Counted from the first letter of the stretch, positions 20,582 to 30,619 are shown. The stretch is DNA of 64,000 nt from an uncultured Actinomycetota bacterium (GCA_963700375.1 CAVOXF010000006.1:348021-412020), one strand, 5' to 3'. Notes: generated by a model not told the origin, from the letters alone. Program-made: numbers and translations.

Positions 20582-21721
20582 CTATGACGGGGGCGGTTGC
20601 AGATTGCGGGTCTCGGTCGGCACCTCGCCGGCAAACTCGACCTGAGGGAAGTAGCAGGCGACCGGATGGCCTTGGCCCCGATCCTCGAGTGCCGGGATGT
20701 CACCGGCGCACACGTCCTGCGCCTTCCAGCAGCGGGTGCGGAACCGACACCCCGACGGCGGATTTGCCGGACTCGGCACATCACCCTCGAGGACGATTCG
20801 CTTGCGGTCGGCGCGCCCTGCCGGATCCGGAACGGGCACAGCCGAGAGCAGCGCCTGTGTATACGGATGTGCCGTGTTGTCGTAGACCCCGTACTCATCG
20901 CCATGCTCGACGATCTTGCCGAGGTACATCACGGCAATCCGATCGCAGAGGTGACGCACCACCGAGAGGTCGTGGGCGATGAACAGATAGGCGATGCCAA
21001 ATTCGTCCTGGATGTCCTCGAGCAGGTTCACGACCTGAGCCTGGACCGACACGTCAAGCGCCGAGACCGGCTCGTCGGCGATGATGATGCTGGGATCCAC
21101 GGCAAGTGCCCGGGCGACTCCGACGCGCTGCCGCTGTCCGCCGGAGAACTGGTGCGGGTAGCGGTTGATGTGGTTCGGATTGAGGCCGACCACCTCGAGG
21201 AGTTCCTGCGTCCTCTTCCGCCGGTCCTTCTTCGGCGTGGTCCCGTGCACACCCCACGGCTCGGAAATGATGTTACCGACCGTCATGCGGGGGTTGAGCG
21301 AGGCGTACGGATCCTGGAAGATCACCGAGATCTCCTTGCGGAGGTCCCTGAGCTGCCGCTTGTTCATCGAGAAGATGTCCTGGCCCTGATAGTAGGCAGC
21401 GCCATCCGTTGGCTCTTCAAGACGCAGGATCGTGCGCGCCGTCGTCGTCTTGCCACAGCCCGACTCGCCGACCAGGCCGAGGGTCTCGCTGGGGTGGAGG
21501 TCAAACGACACGCCGTCAACAGCCTTGACGTCGCCGATCTTCTTCTTGAAGAGGATCCCCTGGGTGATCGGGAAGTACTTGACGAGACCTTCGACTCGAA
21601 GGATCGGATCCTTCGATGCAGCACCCTTCTTCGTCACGGTCCCATGCTCCACGAGAGCAGCGGCAGCCTCGTGCGGCGAGACGGGCCAATCTTGAGGCTC
21701 CGGCGCGTCATCAGCGGTCAC
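20582..21721 (-). CDS. ABC transporter ATP-binding protein (OppF/DppF-like, with oligopeptide C-terminal domain)
   Basis: It has a Walker A motif GESGCGKTT, an ABC signature, a Walker B motif and a C-terminal oligo_HPY-type region. Confidence 0.85.
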   Translation of the reverse strand: MTADDAPEPQDWPVSPHEAAAALVEHGTVTKKGAASKDPILRVEGLVKYFPITQGILFKKKIGDVKAVDGVSFDLHPSETLGLVGESGCGKTTTARTILRLEEPTDGAAYYQGQDIFSMNKRQLRDLRKEISVIFQDPYASLNPRMTVGNIISEPWGVHGTTPKKDRRKRTQELLEVVGLNPNHINRYPHQFSGGQRQRVGVARALAVDPSIIIADEPVSALDVSVQAQVVNLLEDIQDEFGIAYLFIAHDLSVVRHLCDRIAVMYLGKIVEHGDEYGVYDNTAHPYTQALLSAVPVPDPAGRADRKRIVLEGDVPSPANPPSGCRFRTRCWKAQDVCAGDIPALEDRGQGHPVACYFPQVEFAGEVPTETRNLQPPPS

Positions 21722-22760
21722 GCTGCACCTCCTCCCAGTAGAAGCAAGAACTCTGGTGTCCGTCTCGGCCGATGCTCACCGGTTTGATCTCGTTCTGCGA
21801 ACACCGCGGCTGGACGAACGGGCACCTCGGATGGAACGGACAACCGGACGGGATGTTCAGAAGATCCGGCGGAGCACCCTGAATCGGCAAGAGCCGTTCG
21901 GTATGCATGTCGGTGCGCGGGATCGAGTCCATGAGGCCGAGCGTGTACGGATGGGCCGGATGGTGATACACGTCGTTGATCTCGCCGTCTTCCATGATCT
22001 CACCGGCATACATCACGACGACCCGGTCACAGACTTCGGCCACCACACCGAGGTCGTGGGTGATGAGGATCAGGCCCATGCCGGTGTCCTGCTGGAGATC
22101 GGCCAGGAGTTCCATGATCTGCGCCTGGACGGTGACATCGAGCGCGGTCGTCGGCTCGTCCGCGATCAACACATCGGGATCGAGCGATAGCGCCATCGCA
22201 ATCATCGCGCGTTGGCGCATGCCCCCGGAGAACTCGTGCGGGTAGGCGTTGACGCGCTGGCGAGCGTCGGGGATCCTGACCCGTTCCATCAGGTCGATGG
22301 CCTGCTCCTTCGCCTCCTTCTTGGAGAGGCCGCGGTGCTTGCGGAGCATCTCACCGATCTGCCACCCCACCGTGAAGACCGGATTCAGCGCCGTGAGCGC
22401 ATCCTGGAAGATCATCGCGATCTTCTGTCCGCGCACCTGCTTGGCCATGACGTTTTCGGGCAGTTGCAGCAGATCGACACCCCGGAACTTGACGCTCCCC
22501 TGCGTCACGAAGCCCGGGGGCGTGTCGAGGATCCCCATCACGGCCTGGGCGCTCACGCTCTTGCCGCTGCCGGACTCGCCGAGAATGGCGAGCGTCTCGT
22601 GTTCGTCGAGCGCGTACGTCAGCCCGTTCACAGCCTTGACGATCCCGTCCTCGATCCGGAATTCGACATGGAGATTGTCGACCTCCAGCAAGTGGGCATT
22701 CGGGTCGAATGGCTCGTCGCCGAGTTTGTTGTTCGTCGGTTCGATCGTGGTTGCCATCAC
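21711..22760 (-). CDS. ABC transporter ATP-binding protein (OppD/DppD-like)
   Basis: It has a Walker A motif GESGSGKS, an LSGGMRQR signature and an oligopeptide-type C-terminus. Confidence 0.85.
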   Translation of the reverse strand: MMATTIEPTNNKLGDEPFDPNAHLLEVDNLHVEFRIEDGIVKAVNGLTYALDEHETLAILGESGSGKSVSAQAVMGILDTPPGFVTQGSVKFRGVDLLQLPENVMAKQVRGQKIAMIFQDALTALNPVFTVGWQIGEMLRKHRGLSKKEAKEQAIDLMERVRIPDARQRVNAYPHEFSGGMRQRAMIAMALSLDPDVLIADEPTTALDVTVQAQIMELLADLQQDTGMGLILITHDLGVVAEVCDRVVVMYAGEIMEDGEINDVYHHPAHPYTLGLMDSIPRTDMHTERLLPIQGAPPDLLNIPSGCPFHPRCPFVQPRCSQNEIKPVSIGRDGHQSSCFYWEEVQRDR

Positions 22761-23767
22761 CGAAGCTTCGGGTCGAGGGCATCGCGGAGTGCGTCACCCA
22801 TGAGAATGAACGAGAACACGGTGATGCTGAGGAAGGCACCGGGGAAGAGAAGTAGGTACGGCGACGTGAGGATGCGAGCCTGGGCGCCGCTGATCATCAA
22901 CCCCCACGAGATCGCCGGAAGCTGCAGCCCGACGCCAAGGAATGACAGCGCCGCCTCCGCAGAGATGACCGCACCGACGGTGATCGTGGCATACACGATG
23001 ACCGGTGCGAGCGAGTTCGGGAGGACGTGCTTCGTGATGATGTGGAGATTGCTCCCACCCATGGAGCGCGCGGCATCCACGTAGTCGGCGGATTTCGCGG
23101 CGATCACGGAGGACCGGACCAGGCGGAGCATGGTGGCCCATCCGAGGATGATGAGGACCAGGCTCACCTGAGCGACACCGCGTGTCGGGAACAGGCTCAA
23201 GATCACGATGCCGCCCAGGATGAACGGGATCACGAACATGATGTCCGTCAACCTGGCGATGATCGTGTCGGTCATGCCTCCGTAGTACCCGGCGGCCGAC
23301 CCGCCGATGAGGGCAATGAGGGTCGCAAAGAAGGTGACGACCAGCCCGATCGTGATCGAGACCCTGGCTCCGTAGATGGTTCGTGCGTAGTAGTCGCATC
23401 CTTGAATGTCGGTACCGAACCAATGCTCGCTGCTCGGAGGGAGCAGCGACTCGGAGAGGCTGCAGGCCCGTGGGTCGATCCTGGTGAACAGGATCGGGAA
23501 CAGCGCCATGACGACCATGATGATGATGAGGCCTGCCGATATCATGAAGATCGGCTTGCGGCGGAGTTGGCGCCAGGCGTCGCTCCAGAGGCTCGCGGTG
23601 CGGGCCTTCTCCTGATTCCCTTCTTCGATCCCAAGGACCGACTCGGTCGGGATTCTGGCTCCCATCGAGAACCGGGAACGGTCCTCCTTCTCGACCTGTG
23701 CCTCCAACGAGGCGGCGTCCTTCGAATGATCGCCGCCCTGCCGTGGGTAGCGCGGATTGTCAGTCAT
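22757..23767 (-). CDS. ABC transporter permease (OppC/DppC-like, BPD_transp_1)
   Basis: It is a multi-TM permease with an EAA-like loop. The start is placed at the ATG at 23767, which gives an ATGACTGA overlap with the upstream permease stop. Confidence 0.8.
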   Translation of the reverse strand: MTDNPRYPRQGGDHSKDAASLEAQVEKEDRSRFSMGARIPTESVLGIEEGNQEKARTASLWSDAWRQLRRKPIFMISAGLIIIMVVMALFPILFTRIDPRACSLSESLLPPSSEHWFGTDIQGCDYYARTIYGARVSITIGLVVTFFATLIALIGGSAAGYYGGMTDTIIARLTDIMFVIPFILGGIVILSLFPTRGVAQVSLVLIILGWATMLRLVRSSVIAAKSADYVDAARSMGGSNLHIITKHVLPNSLAPVIVYATITVGAVISAEAALSFLGVGLQLPAISWGLMISGAQARILTSPYLLLFPGAFLSITVFSFILMGDALRDALDPKLR

Positions 23768-24683
23768 AGCGAATCCGGGGGTCGAGGATGCCGTAGAGGA
23801 GATCGGCAACCAGGTTGGCAAACATGTAGACGACGATCATGAAGGTGGCGATGCCGACCACCACCGTTCCCTCTTGCCGCTGGACACCCTCATAGACCGC
23901 ACGACCGATGCCCGGAAGATTGAAGATGGTTTCCGTGATGATGGCACCGCCCATGAGGGCGCCGAGGTCGATAGCGAGGAAGGTCACGACCGGGATCATC
24001 GAGTTCCGGAGGGCGTGGATCCCCACCACCCGGCGACGGGACAATCCCTTCGAAGTCGCCGTCCGCACGTAGTCGGCCCGCAGGTTCTCGACGAGGCTCG
24101 TCCGCTGGAGCCGGGCAATGTAGGCGAGCGAAAGCGAGCCGAGGACCATCGCCGGCAGGAGGTAGCTGAACCAGCCGTCCCTGACACCCGACACCGGGAA
24201 CCATCCGAGCTTCACGCCAAACACAATCTGGGCGAGGAATGCCAATACGAAGATCGGGATCGCGATGACGACCAGCGTCGAAACCAAGACGAGGTTGTCG
24301 AAGAATTTCCCCTTCCTCACCCCGGCAAGGATCCCGGCGCCGATGCCGATCACCACCTCGAACGCGAAGGCGAGCAACGCGAGGCGAATCGTGACGGGAA
24401 GCCGTTGCTTCAGGAGTTCCGTCACCGGCCGATCGCGAAAGTCGACCCCGAAGTCACCCTGAGCCACATTGGTGATGTAGATCGTGTACTGCTTCCACAG
24501 CGGCTCGTCGAGGTGGTATCGCTCGTTGAGCGTGTCCAGAACCGTCTGGGGCATCACCTTCTCCCCGGCGAGCGCCCGGATCGGATCACCGGGGATCGCG
24601 AACACCAGGGCAAAGATCAAGAATGTGGCACCAAAGAACACGGGGATGAACTGAAGCATCCTACGTGCAATGTATCGGCCCAC
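23760..24683 (-). CDS. ABC transporter permease (OppB/DppB-like)
   Basis: Its N-terminus is VGRYIARRMLQFIPV. A GTG start at 24683 is preceded by GGGAGG. Confidence 0.8.
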   Translation of the reverse strand: MGRYIARRMLQFIPVFFGATFLIFALVFAIPGDPIRALAGEKVMPQTVLDTLNERYHLDEPLWKQYTIYITNVAQGDFGVDFRDRPVTELLKQRLPVTIRLALLAFAFEVVIGIGAGILAGVRKGKFFDNLVLVSTLVVIAIPIFVLAFLAQIVFGVKLGWFPVSGVRDGWFSYLLPAMVLGSLSLAYIARLQRTSLVENLRADYVRTATSKGLSRRRVVGIHALRNSMIPVVTFLAIDLGALMGGAIITETIFNLPGIGRAVYEGVQRQEGTVVVGIATFMIVVYMFANLVADLLYGILDPRIRYD

Positions 24684-24827
24684 GTGTCCTCCCGTTGTCG
24701 TCGGGCACTCTAGTTGATCTGGCACGCACTGTTCGCCAACCGTCCGAGACACAGTTGTGGGGCGGTCGATTGACCGCCCCACAACGTTTCAGGCTTCTTC
24801 CCTGGGACTAACCCTCAAAGTCGGGGT

Positions 24828-26538
24828 TCATTCAGGGTTCATCTCGGCATAGCCGACGATGTTGGAATAGAAGCTGTTGTTCTGCTGACCGTTTGCACCA
24901 TCAGCGCCGAAGCTCCAGGTGCGAACATAATCGGCTGCCGTGATCGGCGTCCCGTCGTGGAAGGTCCACCCGGGGTTCAGAGCAATCGTCCAGGTCTTGC
25001 CACCGTCCTCAGACGTTACCGCCTGCCGCGTGGACCAGGTACTGCTCGTTCGTCTTCGCATTGAAGTTGACGAGCGGTGCGTAGATCGCCCGCAGGACCG
25101 AGATGCCCTCGGACTCGTTGGAGTTCGTGGGGAACAGGTGCTCCGGTTCACTGACGTCCTGTGTGACGTTCCCGTCGATCGACTCGATCAGGGTGTAGCC
25201 GAGATCGTTGTAGGCGTCGATCCACACTTCGCTCACGTCCTCCGACCATACGTACTGGGTCTTGCCGAAGTAGACCGGCATGACCTGCGCGTCCTCACAA
25301 AGCATGTCCTCTGCCGCCCAGTAGTCGGCGAGGCCGTCTTCGAGGAGACCGCTGGCTGCGACCTTCTGAACGCCTGCTGCCAGGGCTGCATCGAAGTCGG
25401 GGTTGTTGTAGAACGTGTTGTTCGAACCGACCGGAGGAGCGTTGTACGAGGCGTACAGCGGCTCGAGGAAGTTGTACGGAGACGGATAGTCCTGGCCCCA
25501 CCCGAGGCGGAACGGACCGGTCGCTTCCTGGTTGTCCAACTTCGGAAGGTACTCGGAGAACTCGAGGGTCTCGAACGTGACGGTGCTCGTGTCGATGCCG
25601 AGGTACTCACCCCACATGTTCACGACCGCCTCGATCCAATCCTCGTGACCGGCACCGCTGTTGAACCAGACGGTGATCGGACCCGGGTCGCCTGCGGCGT
25701 CCCAGAGTTCCTTCGCCATCACCGGATCGAAGTTCCAGCTCGGGCAGACATCCGCACGGCCCTGCAGGTTCGGAGGAACCACTGAGTGCGCGGCGTCACG
25801 GCCACCGAGGAAGATCTTCTCCGCGATCGCCTCGCGGTCGACGGCCATCGAGAGCGCCTGACGGTGCTCCTTGGTGAACTGCGGCAGGTACGTCGGGAAC
25901 CCGAGATACGCGAAGCTCGTCGTGTAGACGTCGTTGTTGCGATCCGGGAAGTCCGTCTGATAGGTCGACAGGTTCTCGGTCGGGACGCTCGCCATCACGT
26001 CGAGGTTGCCGGCCAGCGCCTCGTTGTACGCGGTGGCTATCTCAGCGATGATCTCGAAGTCGAACGTGTCGATCTTCGCGGGATCCGGACCCTGGTAGTC
26101 CGCGTACTTCTCCAGCGAGATGCGCACGTCGTGCTCCCACGGAGCGGCCATCTTGAACGGACCGCTACCTACCGGCATCTCCTCGAAGGCGGCGGGATCT
26201 TCGAATGCCTGCGGGGGCATCGCGAAGTACGCCGCGTACGCCAGACGGAGTGGGAACTCCGGGTCTGCCGCTTCGAGCTCCACCGTGAAGGTGTTGTCAT
26301 CGACGACGGCCATACCTGCCAGCTGGCCCTCCATGGGCTCCGGCGGCGTGGTGTCGTCGGTGGGTGCTGTTGTCGTTGTGTCCGCGGCGGCCGGAGCCGT
26401 CGTGGTTGTCTCTGCGGCGGCCGGAGCCGTCGTGGTTGTCGAATCTGACGTATCGTCCGAATCCCCGCACGCTGCTGCTACAAGAGCAAGAACAGCGAGC
26501 AGGAGAACAAAGCGCCATAGCGATTTCTGTGATCGCAT
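24828..26538 (-). CDS. Family-5 (Opp/Dpp-type) ABC substrate-binding lipoprotein, apparently circularly permuted and frameshifted near 25010-25030
   Basis: It has a signal peptide plus lipobox (LVAAAC) and a T/A-rich linker. Canonical mid and C-terminal regions follow (VVDDNTFTVEL...PVGSGPFK...GWGQDYPSPYNFLEPLY...MPVYF). The canonical N-terminal segment comes last: LRAIYAPLVNFNAKTNEQYLVHAA, then a -1 frame change, then SEDGGKTWTIALNPGWTFHDGTPITAADYV. Confidence 0.7.
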
Positions 26539-26850
26539 GCCTTTCGCCTCCTGGTTGGTGTCGAGCTATCTCGACAATCGCGTGCCCGAGCATCGGACCG
26601 ATCGGTCAACTTGAGAGTGGATCGGCCGCTCCGTGCCCGTTGCACACGACACAATCTACACCGGTTGGCACGTCGAACGCTCCGATCTGCCCAGTTTCCC
26701 CGGTCCGCCGACGACCGCACCGCTGCCGCGCACAGCCTCCGCGGGCGGACGACCATCCGGCCTCGCCGGCAAAGAACCGGCACGCGCGGGTATTGGCCGA
26801 CCGCTGAAAGGCATTGAGGCCGCGACGATCGGCCGGTCGGCCGACACCGC

Positions 26851-27786
26851 CTACCGCTCCAGGAGAGACTCGACCTCGCCGACGGTCGGAGTCGATCGCG
26901 CCCCGGGTCTGGTGATCGTGAGTGCTGCGACCGCGTTGCCCCACCGGAGCGACTCCCCAACCGTTGAGCCACGAAGACGCGCTGCGATGAATCCGGCGTT
27001 GAACGCATCCCCCGCTCCGACACTGTCCACCATCGAGACCTCGAAGCCGGGAGCGACGACCACTTCGTCCGACGAACCGGCAACTGCTCCCTCCGGCCCG
27101 AGACGAGCGACCACGATTCGATCCTCACCAGCGAGTTCGACGGCGGCCGCGACGGGATCAGCGATTCCGGTGAGGGCTCCGACCTCGTCCGACGCGGCTC
27201 CGAGAACCACGTCCGAACATTCGACGGCCGCCTCGACGATCGCGCGGAATCCGTCGTCCCACCCCCAGTTCTCGAGCCGGAGGTTGAGATCGAACGACAC
27301 CGGGATCCCGGAAGAGTTCGCGACCGCCATAGCGTCGAGCAGCGCTTCGCGCGCCGGGGAGACCCGGAGGCAGATCCCGGACACGTGGAGCCACTCGACT
27401 CCGGAGACAGCGTTGACGGCATCGGTCGGAGCAAGGACGCTGTGGGCTCCGCCGATAGGTGGCCACACGTATATGAGTCGGTCGCCGTCCGATTGCACAA
27501 CGGCGATCACCGCGACGGTCGGAGCGTCGGTCGCGACCGACACGGTCGCCGTGTCGACTCCCGCCATTTCGAGGTCCGATACCGCGAACCGTCCAAATGA
27601 GTCGTCGCCGACGCTGCCGGCGAATCCCGTTGCGACACCGAGGCGAGCGAGCGCAGCTGCCGTGTTCGCGGCGGACCCGCCTCCGAACATACGCGGTTCT
27701 GGATTGGCGTGGGTTTCGAGTCGGTGCTCCGACGGGAGGCGGATCTCAATATCGACGTTGGCGTCACCGATCACGAGGACACTCAT
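26851..27786 (-). CDS. PfkB/ribokinase-family carbohydrate kinase
   Basis: It has N-terminal GG and MFGGGSAANTA motifs and a C-terminal VGAGDAFNAGF motif. Confidence 0.85.
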   Translation of the reverse strand: MSVLVIGDANVDIEIRLPSEHRLETHANPEPRMFGGGSAANTAAALARLGVATGFAGSVGDDSFGRFAVSDLEMAGVDTATVSVATDAPTVAVIAVVQSDGDRLIYVWPPIGGAHSVLAPTDAVNAVSGVEWLHVSGICLRVSPAREALLDAMAVANSSGIPVSFDLNLRLENWGWDDGFRAIVEAAVECSDVVLGAASDEVGALTGIADPVAAAVELAGEDRIVVARLGPEGAVAGSSDEVVVAPGFEVSMVDSVGAGDAFNAGFIAARLRGSTVGESLRWGNAVAALTITRPGARSTPTVGEVESLLER

Positions 27787-28457
27787 GTGAGAGCCTCGCT
27801 GTGAGCCGCTTCCCGGAAGCGGGCAACCAGGTCCAGGTCCTTGCTGAACCCGCCGGCCCCCGATGGCCGATTGGTGCGAGTCAATGAATCAACGCCCCAC
27901 GGTCGGACCGCGGCGATCGCTGCCGCCACGTTTTCGGGGTCGAGTCCGCCGGCGAGGATCACCGGCACGCCCACGGCTTCGACGATGGCGGCGCTCACAT
28001 CCCAGTCGTGGACAACGCCCGCTGCGCCGATGCCGGGGATATCGGGTGCGACCGAGTCGAGGATCAGATAGTCGACCACCTGTTCGTACGACCGGGCGAC
28101 GTCGACCGCCTCCGGTCCCGTCACCGCGATCGCCTGCATCACGGCGATGTCCGGCAGCGCGAGTCGCAGGTCGGCGACTGCATCAGGGCCAACCGCGCCG
28201 GACGCCCCACAGAGATGCAGGACATCGGGCTTCACCGTGCGGACCATGTGCTCGATCGCTCGCAGGTCGACCTCCACGCTGAGTGCCACCGATGTCGCAA
28301 TCCCCCCGAGCGATGCGCAGATGTCCTTCGCGAGGTCCAGAGCGATCTCGCCGGGCAGCCCGGTGGCGGCGGGGGTCACGCCCACGTGGTCGACACCGAG
28401 GCCGGCAACCGCCAGAGCCTCATCGACCGACTGCATCGTGTAGACCTGAACCCTCAC
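27783..28457 (-). CDS. Phosphoribosylanthranilate isomerase (TrpF)-like TIM-barrel protein lacking the catalytic Cys
   Basis: It has VHLCGASG and ILAGGLDPENVAAAIAAVRPWGVDS regions matching TrpF. The position of the conserved KICGiT Cys is occupied by VYTMQS. It overlaps the kinase with ATGA. Confidence 0.65.
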   Translation of the reverse strand: MRVQVYTMQSVDEALAVAGLGVDHVGVTPAATGLPGEIALDLAKDICASLGGIATSVALSVEVDLRAIEHMVRTVKPDVLHLCGASGAVGPDAVADLRLALPDIAVMQAIAVTGPEAVDVARSYEQVVDYLILDSVAPDIPGIGAAGVVHDWDVSAAIVEAVGVPVILAGGLDPENVAAAIAAVRPWGVDSLTRTNRPSGAGGFSKDLDLVARFREAAHSEALT

Positions 28458-28590
28458 GGACCCTCCATGTCTGCCCGGACGGTAGTGGAGTGTCCGAAAA
28501 TGGATGTGCCGAACGATCGGTGGAGGTTCGCGGTCGGTCGCCGGCCACCAGTCGTCAGTCGCGCGCCGCCGGGTTGGAATACGCGGTAGG

Positions 28591-28667
28591 CCTCATCTTG
28601 GTGGTTCAAGCTCCCGGAGGCCCTCCTGTCAACCGGCCTCCTCTTGGTGGTACAAGCTCCCAGGCGC
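28591..28667. promoter_or_regulatory. Two copies of a 30-nt direct repeat (26/30 identical) flanking an 11-bp palindrome GGAGGcCCTCC, in the sulfatase/TrpF-like intergenic region
   Basis: The copies are cctcAtcttggtggtTcaagctcccGgagg (28591-28620) and cctcCtcttggtggtAcaagctcccAggcg (28638-28667). A perfect 10-bp hairpin gcggattcgc-gga-gcgaatccgc lies at 28674-28696. Confidence 0.3.
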
Positions 28668-28732
28668 CCCCCTGCGGATTCGCGGAGCGAATCCGCGTCC
28701 CCCACCCTCCGGGCGGGGGGACAGGGGACCGC

Positions 28733-30142
28733 CTAGGTACCGGGGTAGGGGGCGTCGCCAACTTCTCGTTGAAGCCGGGCCAGTTCGGCCGAGAGTTCGG
28801 CCCGGATCTTCTGGTATTCCGGGTCGTCGATCACGTTGTTGACCTCGAGCGGATCTGTGACCAGGTCGTACAACTCCCACTCAATCGGATCGACAGGACC
28901 GTGGGCGCCCAGCTGTCCGAGCGGATCGTTGTAGTAGCAGATGAGCTTGTGGGTATTCGTACGCACCCCGTAGTGCGCCGGGCAGTTGTGGGCCGAATCT
29001 CGATGCATCCAGTAGCGGTAGTACATCGACTCGGGCCAGTCGTCGGGCGTGTCGCCTTCGAGGATCGGAGCGAACGATCGGCCCTGGACGTGTTCGGGGA
29101 TCTCGACCCCCATGAGGGCGAGCAGCGTTGGGCCGAAGTCGACGTTCACCACGATGTCGTCGCTGATCGAGCCAGGAGCAATCCGATTCGGGTACTGCAT
29201 GAGGAGCGGCATGCGGAGCGACTCCTCGAACATGAGCCGCTTGTCGAACCATCCGTGATCGCCGAGGAAGAACCCCTGGTCGGATGTGTAGACAACGATG
29301 GTGTTGTCGATCAGTCCGCATTCATCGAGGTGGTCCAAGAGTCGTCCGACGCTCTCATCCACAGCGGCGATGACACCGAGGTATCGCCGCATGTACCGCT
29401 GGTAGCGCCACGCGATCTCCTCGTCCTCGGTCAGTCCCTCTGGCACCACCGCGTTGAGATCGGTGATGGGGTCGAGATCCATCATGTGCATCCGCATCGC
29501 CTTGATCACGTCGGAGCGACCGTTGAGATCATCCCGCAGCGTGTAGGGCTCGGGGATATCGACGTCGTCGTACATCGTGAAATGCCGGGCCGCCGGTTCC
29601 CACGTTCGGTGTGGCGCTTTGTGGTGGCAGAAGAGCGCGAACGGCCGGTCTGCGTGGTCGTCGATGAATTCGATCGAGTCGTCGGTGATGAGGTCGGTGA
29701 CGTATCCGCCGCGCTCGACGATGCGACCGCCCTCTTCGATCATCACGGGATTGTGATAGTGCCCCTGACCGGGGAGCACCCGCCAGAAGTCGAAGCCGAC
29801 GGGATCATGGTTCGGACCGTGCCCCAGGTGCCATTTACCGATGAGGCCCGTCGCGTACCCGGCGTCCTGGAGAGCCTGAGGGAATGTCCAGAGGCTGTTG
29901 TCGAGTGGTGTATCAAGCGTCGTGACGCTATTCACGTGGTTGTACGTGCCCGTGAGGATCGCCGCACGGCTGGGCGTACAAATGCCGTTCGTGCAGAACG
30001 CCGAGTCCATGCGGATCCCGTTGTCGGCGATGCGATCGAGGTTCGGCGTCTGATTGACGCGGCTTCCATATGCCGAGATTGCGTGCGCCGCATGGTCGTC
30101 GGTCAGGATGAACAACAGGTTCGGTCGGGCGTTCATGTTCAT
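28733..30142 (-). CDS. Sulfatase (formylglycine-dependent arylsulfatase family), cytoplasmic
   Basis: It has the CTPSRAAILTG (C-x-P-x-R) signature and a GKWHLG motif. There is no signal peptide. The start is placed at MNMNARPNLLFILTDDH. Confidence 0.85.
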   Translation of the reverse strand: MNMNARPNLLFILTDDHAAHAISAYGSRVNQTPNLDRIADNGIRMDSAFCTNGICTPSRAAILTGTYNHVNSVTTLDTPLDNSLWTFPQALQDAGYATGLIGKWHLGHGPNHDPVGFDFWRVLPGQGHYHNPVMIEEGGRIVERGGYVTDLITDDSIEFIDDHADRPFALFCHHKAPHRTWEPAARHFTMYDDVDIPEPYTLRDDLNGRSDVIKAMRMHMMDLDPITDLNAVVPEGLTEDEEIAWRYQRYMRRYLGVIAAVDESVGRLLDHLDECGLIDNTIVVYTSDQGFFLGDHGWFDKRLMFEESLRMPLLMQYPNRIAPGSISDDIVVNVDFGPTLLALMGVEIPEHVQGRSFAPILEGDTPDDWPESMYYRYWMHRDSAHNCPAHYGVRTNTHKLICYYNDPLGQLGAHGPVDPIEWELYDLVTDPLEVNNVIDDPEYQKIRAELSAELARLQREVGDAPYPGT

Positions 30143-30465
30143 GCGGTCGCGATTCTCTTCACCATGGGTCCACGTTAGGTCGATGCGGAGCCTCGATGGC
30201 CTGGTCGGGATCCTGCTCACCATGCCAGTTCCGGGGATCGACGCCGACGGGCCGGCGTTGAGGGAACCCGGTTCGTTGCGCCGCTGCATGAACCGATAGT
30301 CAGCCCATGGACAGCTCGAGTCTCGAACTCAAGGGCGTAGGTCCTGCGACTGCGGAACTGCTCGCCGAGGCAGGAACGTGTCGGCCGAAAGGACGACACC
30401 GAGGAGACGAGATTCGAGGCCGGACAGGGCTCGAATCGAAGCCGACCGTTCACAGCCAAGTGCCC

Positions 30466-30542
30466 TGGTGGAGGTGAGGGGATTTGAACCCCTGACCCCT
30501 ACGTTGCGAACGTAGTGCTCTGCCGAACTGAGCTACACCCCC
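30466..30542 (-). tRNA. tRNA-Ala (anticodon CGC)
   Basis: It folds as a cloverleaf by hand with a G3:U70 identity pair. The anticodon loop is UUCGCAA and the T-loop is TTCAAAT. CCA is encoded. Confidence 0.85.
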
Positions 30543-30619
30543 GGACGGTCCGGGAGTGTATCAGGAGGTCGCCGTCATCGGTACCCGAGGTTGCGGCCAA
30601 AGGATCGACCAGCGGCCGG

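Noticed and set aside
26478-27500. A 340-aa minus-strand ORF spanning the SBP upstream region and the PfkB kinase
   Set aside because: It is in the wrong frame relative to the kinase. Its translation is S/R-rich with no domain signatures.
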